Below, piece by piece: positions 63,526-64,000 of a DNA stretch of 64,000 nt. Position 1 is the first letter of the stretch. Each line of letters starts with the position of its first letter. The DNA comes from Rhina ancylostomus (lineage: Eukaryota). The stretch is taken from contig JARFYF010000017.1 of NCBI GenBank assembly GCA_030265395.1, positions 19,588,768-19,652,767 of the forward strand, in the 5' to 3' direction. The notes under the pieces are model-generated. The model did not search any database and was not told the DNA's origin. It saw nothing but the letters and a program-made list of their open reading frames with translations. A program made the position numbers and the translations under genes.

Positions 63526-64000
63526 GAATGGGCCCAGTGCTTTCTGTTGAATGCAGTTTGTGGTTTAATTTACGTTTGAAGAGTGTGGAGGGTCATGCAA
63601 TCCTCAGCTGGAATTCTGACATTTTCTTTCAGAGAGATTAATTGCCCTCCATGACGATGTCCAACCCTGAGTGACATCTGGAATTCTGGACTGGGTCAAA
63701 ATCTAGCAGTTTATGCGCGGAACCCTCCAATCACCAACACACAAACACTCAGCCTCGTGATTTATCATGCAGTGCTTTATGATTGATAGCCTACTATCCA
63801 AAGAAATATTTTAAAGATGATTTTTTTATTAATAGTTTAATAAATCGAGTTATTTTTAAGATTGTCTTCAGCAAGACAACCGTCTCCTTTCTTGGATTCA
63901 AAGTCTCTTGATTTGATGCATGTGTTTTATCACTTAGACACCTATTCCTTTGGATAAACAGGGCTCATTAATGTAGAGTTTATTTCTACAAATCATTCTC

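Noticed and set aside
29934-64000. Next ZFHX3 coding exon (expected to start near HLQQHE and contain a further zinc finger)
   Set aside because: No matching translation in the ORF track or by eye; it probably lies beyond the window, though N gaps cannot be read
1-64000. CRISPR array, operon or prokaryotic defence system
   Set aside because: No repeat-spacer array; eukaryotic exon-intron structure throughout; the RT remnants are CR1 LINEs

Overview
AT-rich vertebrate genomic DNA. The repeat content (V-SINEs, Deu-domain SINEs, CR1 LINEs, Penelope-like termini) points to a cartilaginous fish, probably a shark or ray (inference). The window appears to lie wholly inside one + strand gene, ZFHX3 (ATBF1). 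It holds the 2.7-kb first coding exon (13193-15888, ATG 13239) and the next 497-nt coding exon (29437-29933). Neither the promoter/non-coding first exon nor the following coding exon is visible, so the rest is intron: decayed retroelements, microsatellites, N gaps and motif-dense non-repetitive blocks that may be enhancers. I see no prokaryotic-type system and no second gene, and I cannot establish a new biological system from sequence alone. The best leads are a perfect 44-bp-arm hairpin at 40057-40150, three upstream ATGs packed into the 46 nt before the ZFHX3 start, an exon layout that would give a translatable circRNA, and a convergent pair of CTCF-like motifs around the second coding exon. 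Family names and human comparisons come from recalled consensus/protein sequences, not database searches. Repeat boundaries are approximate.
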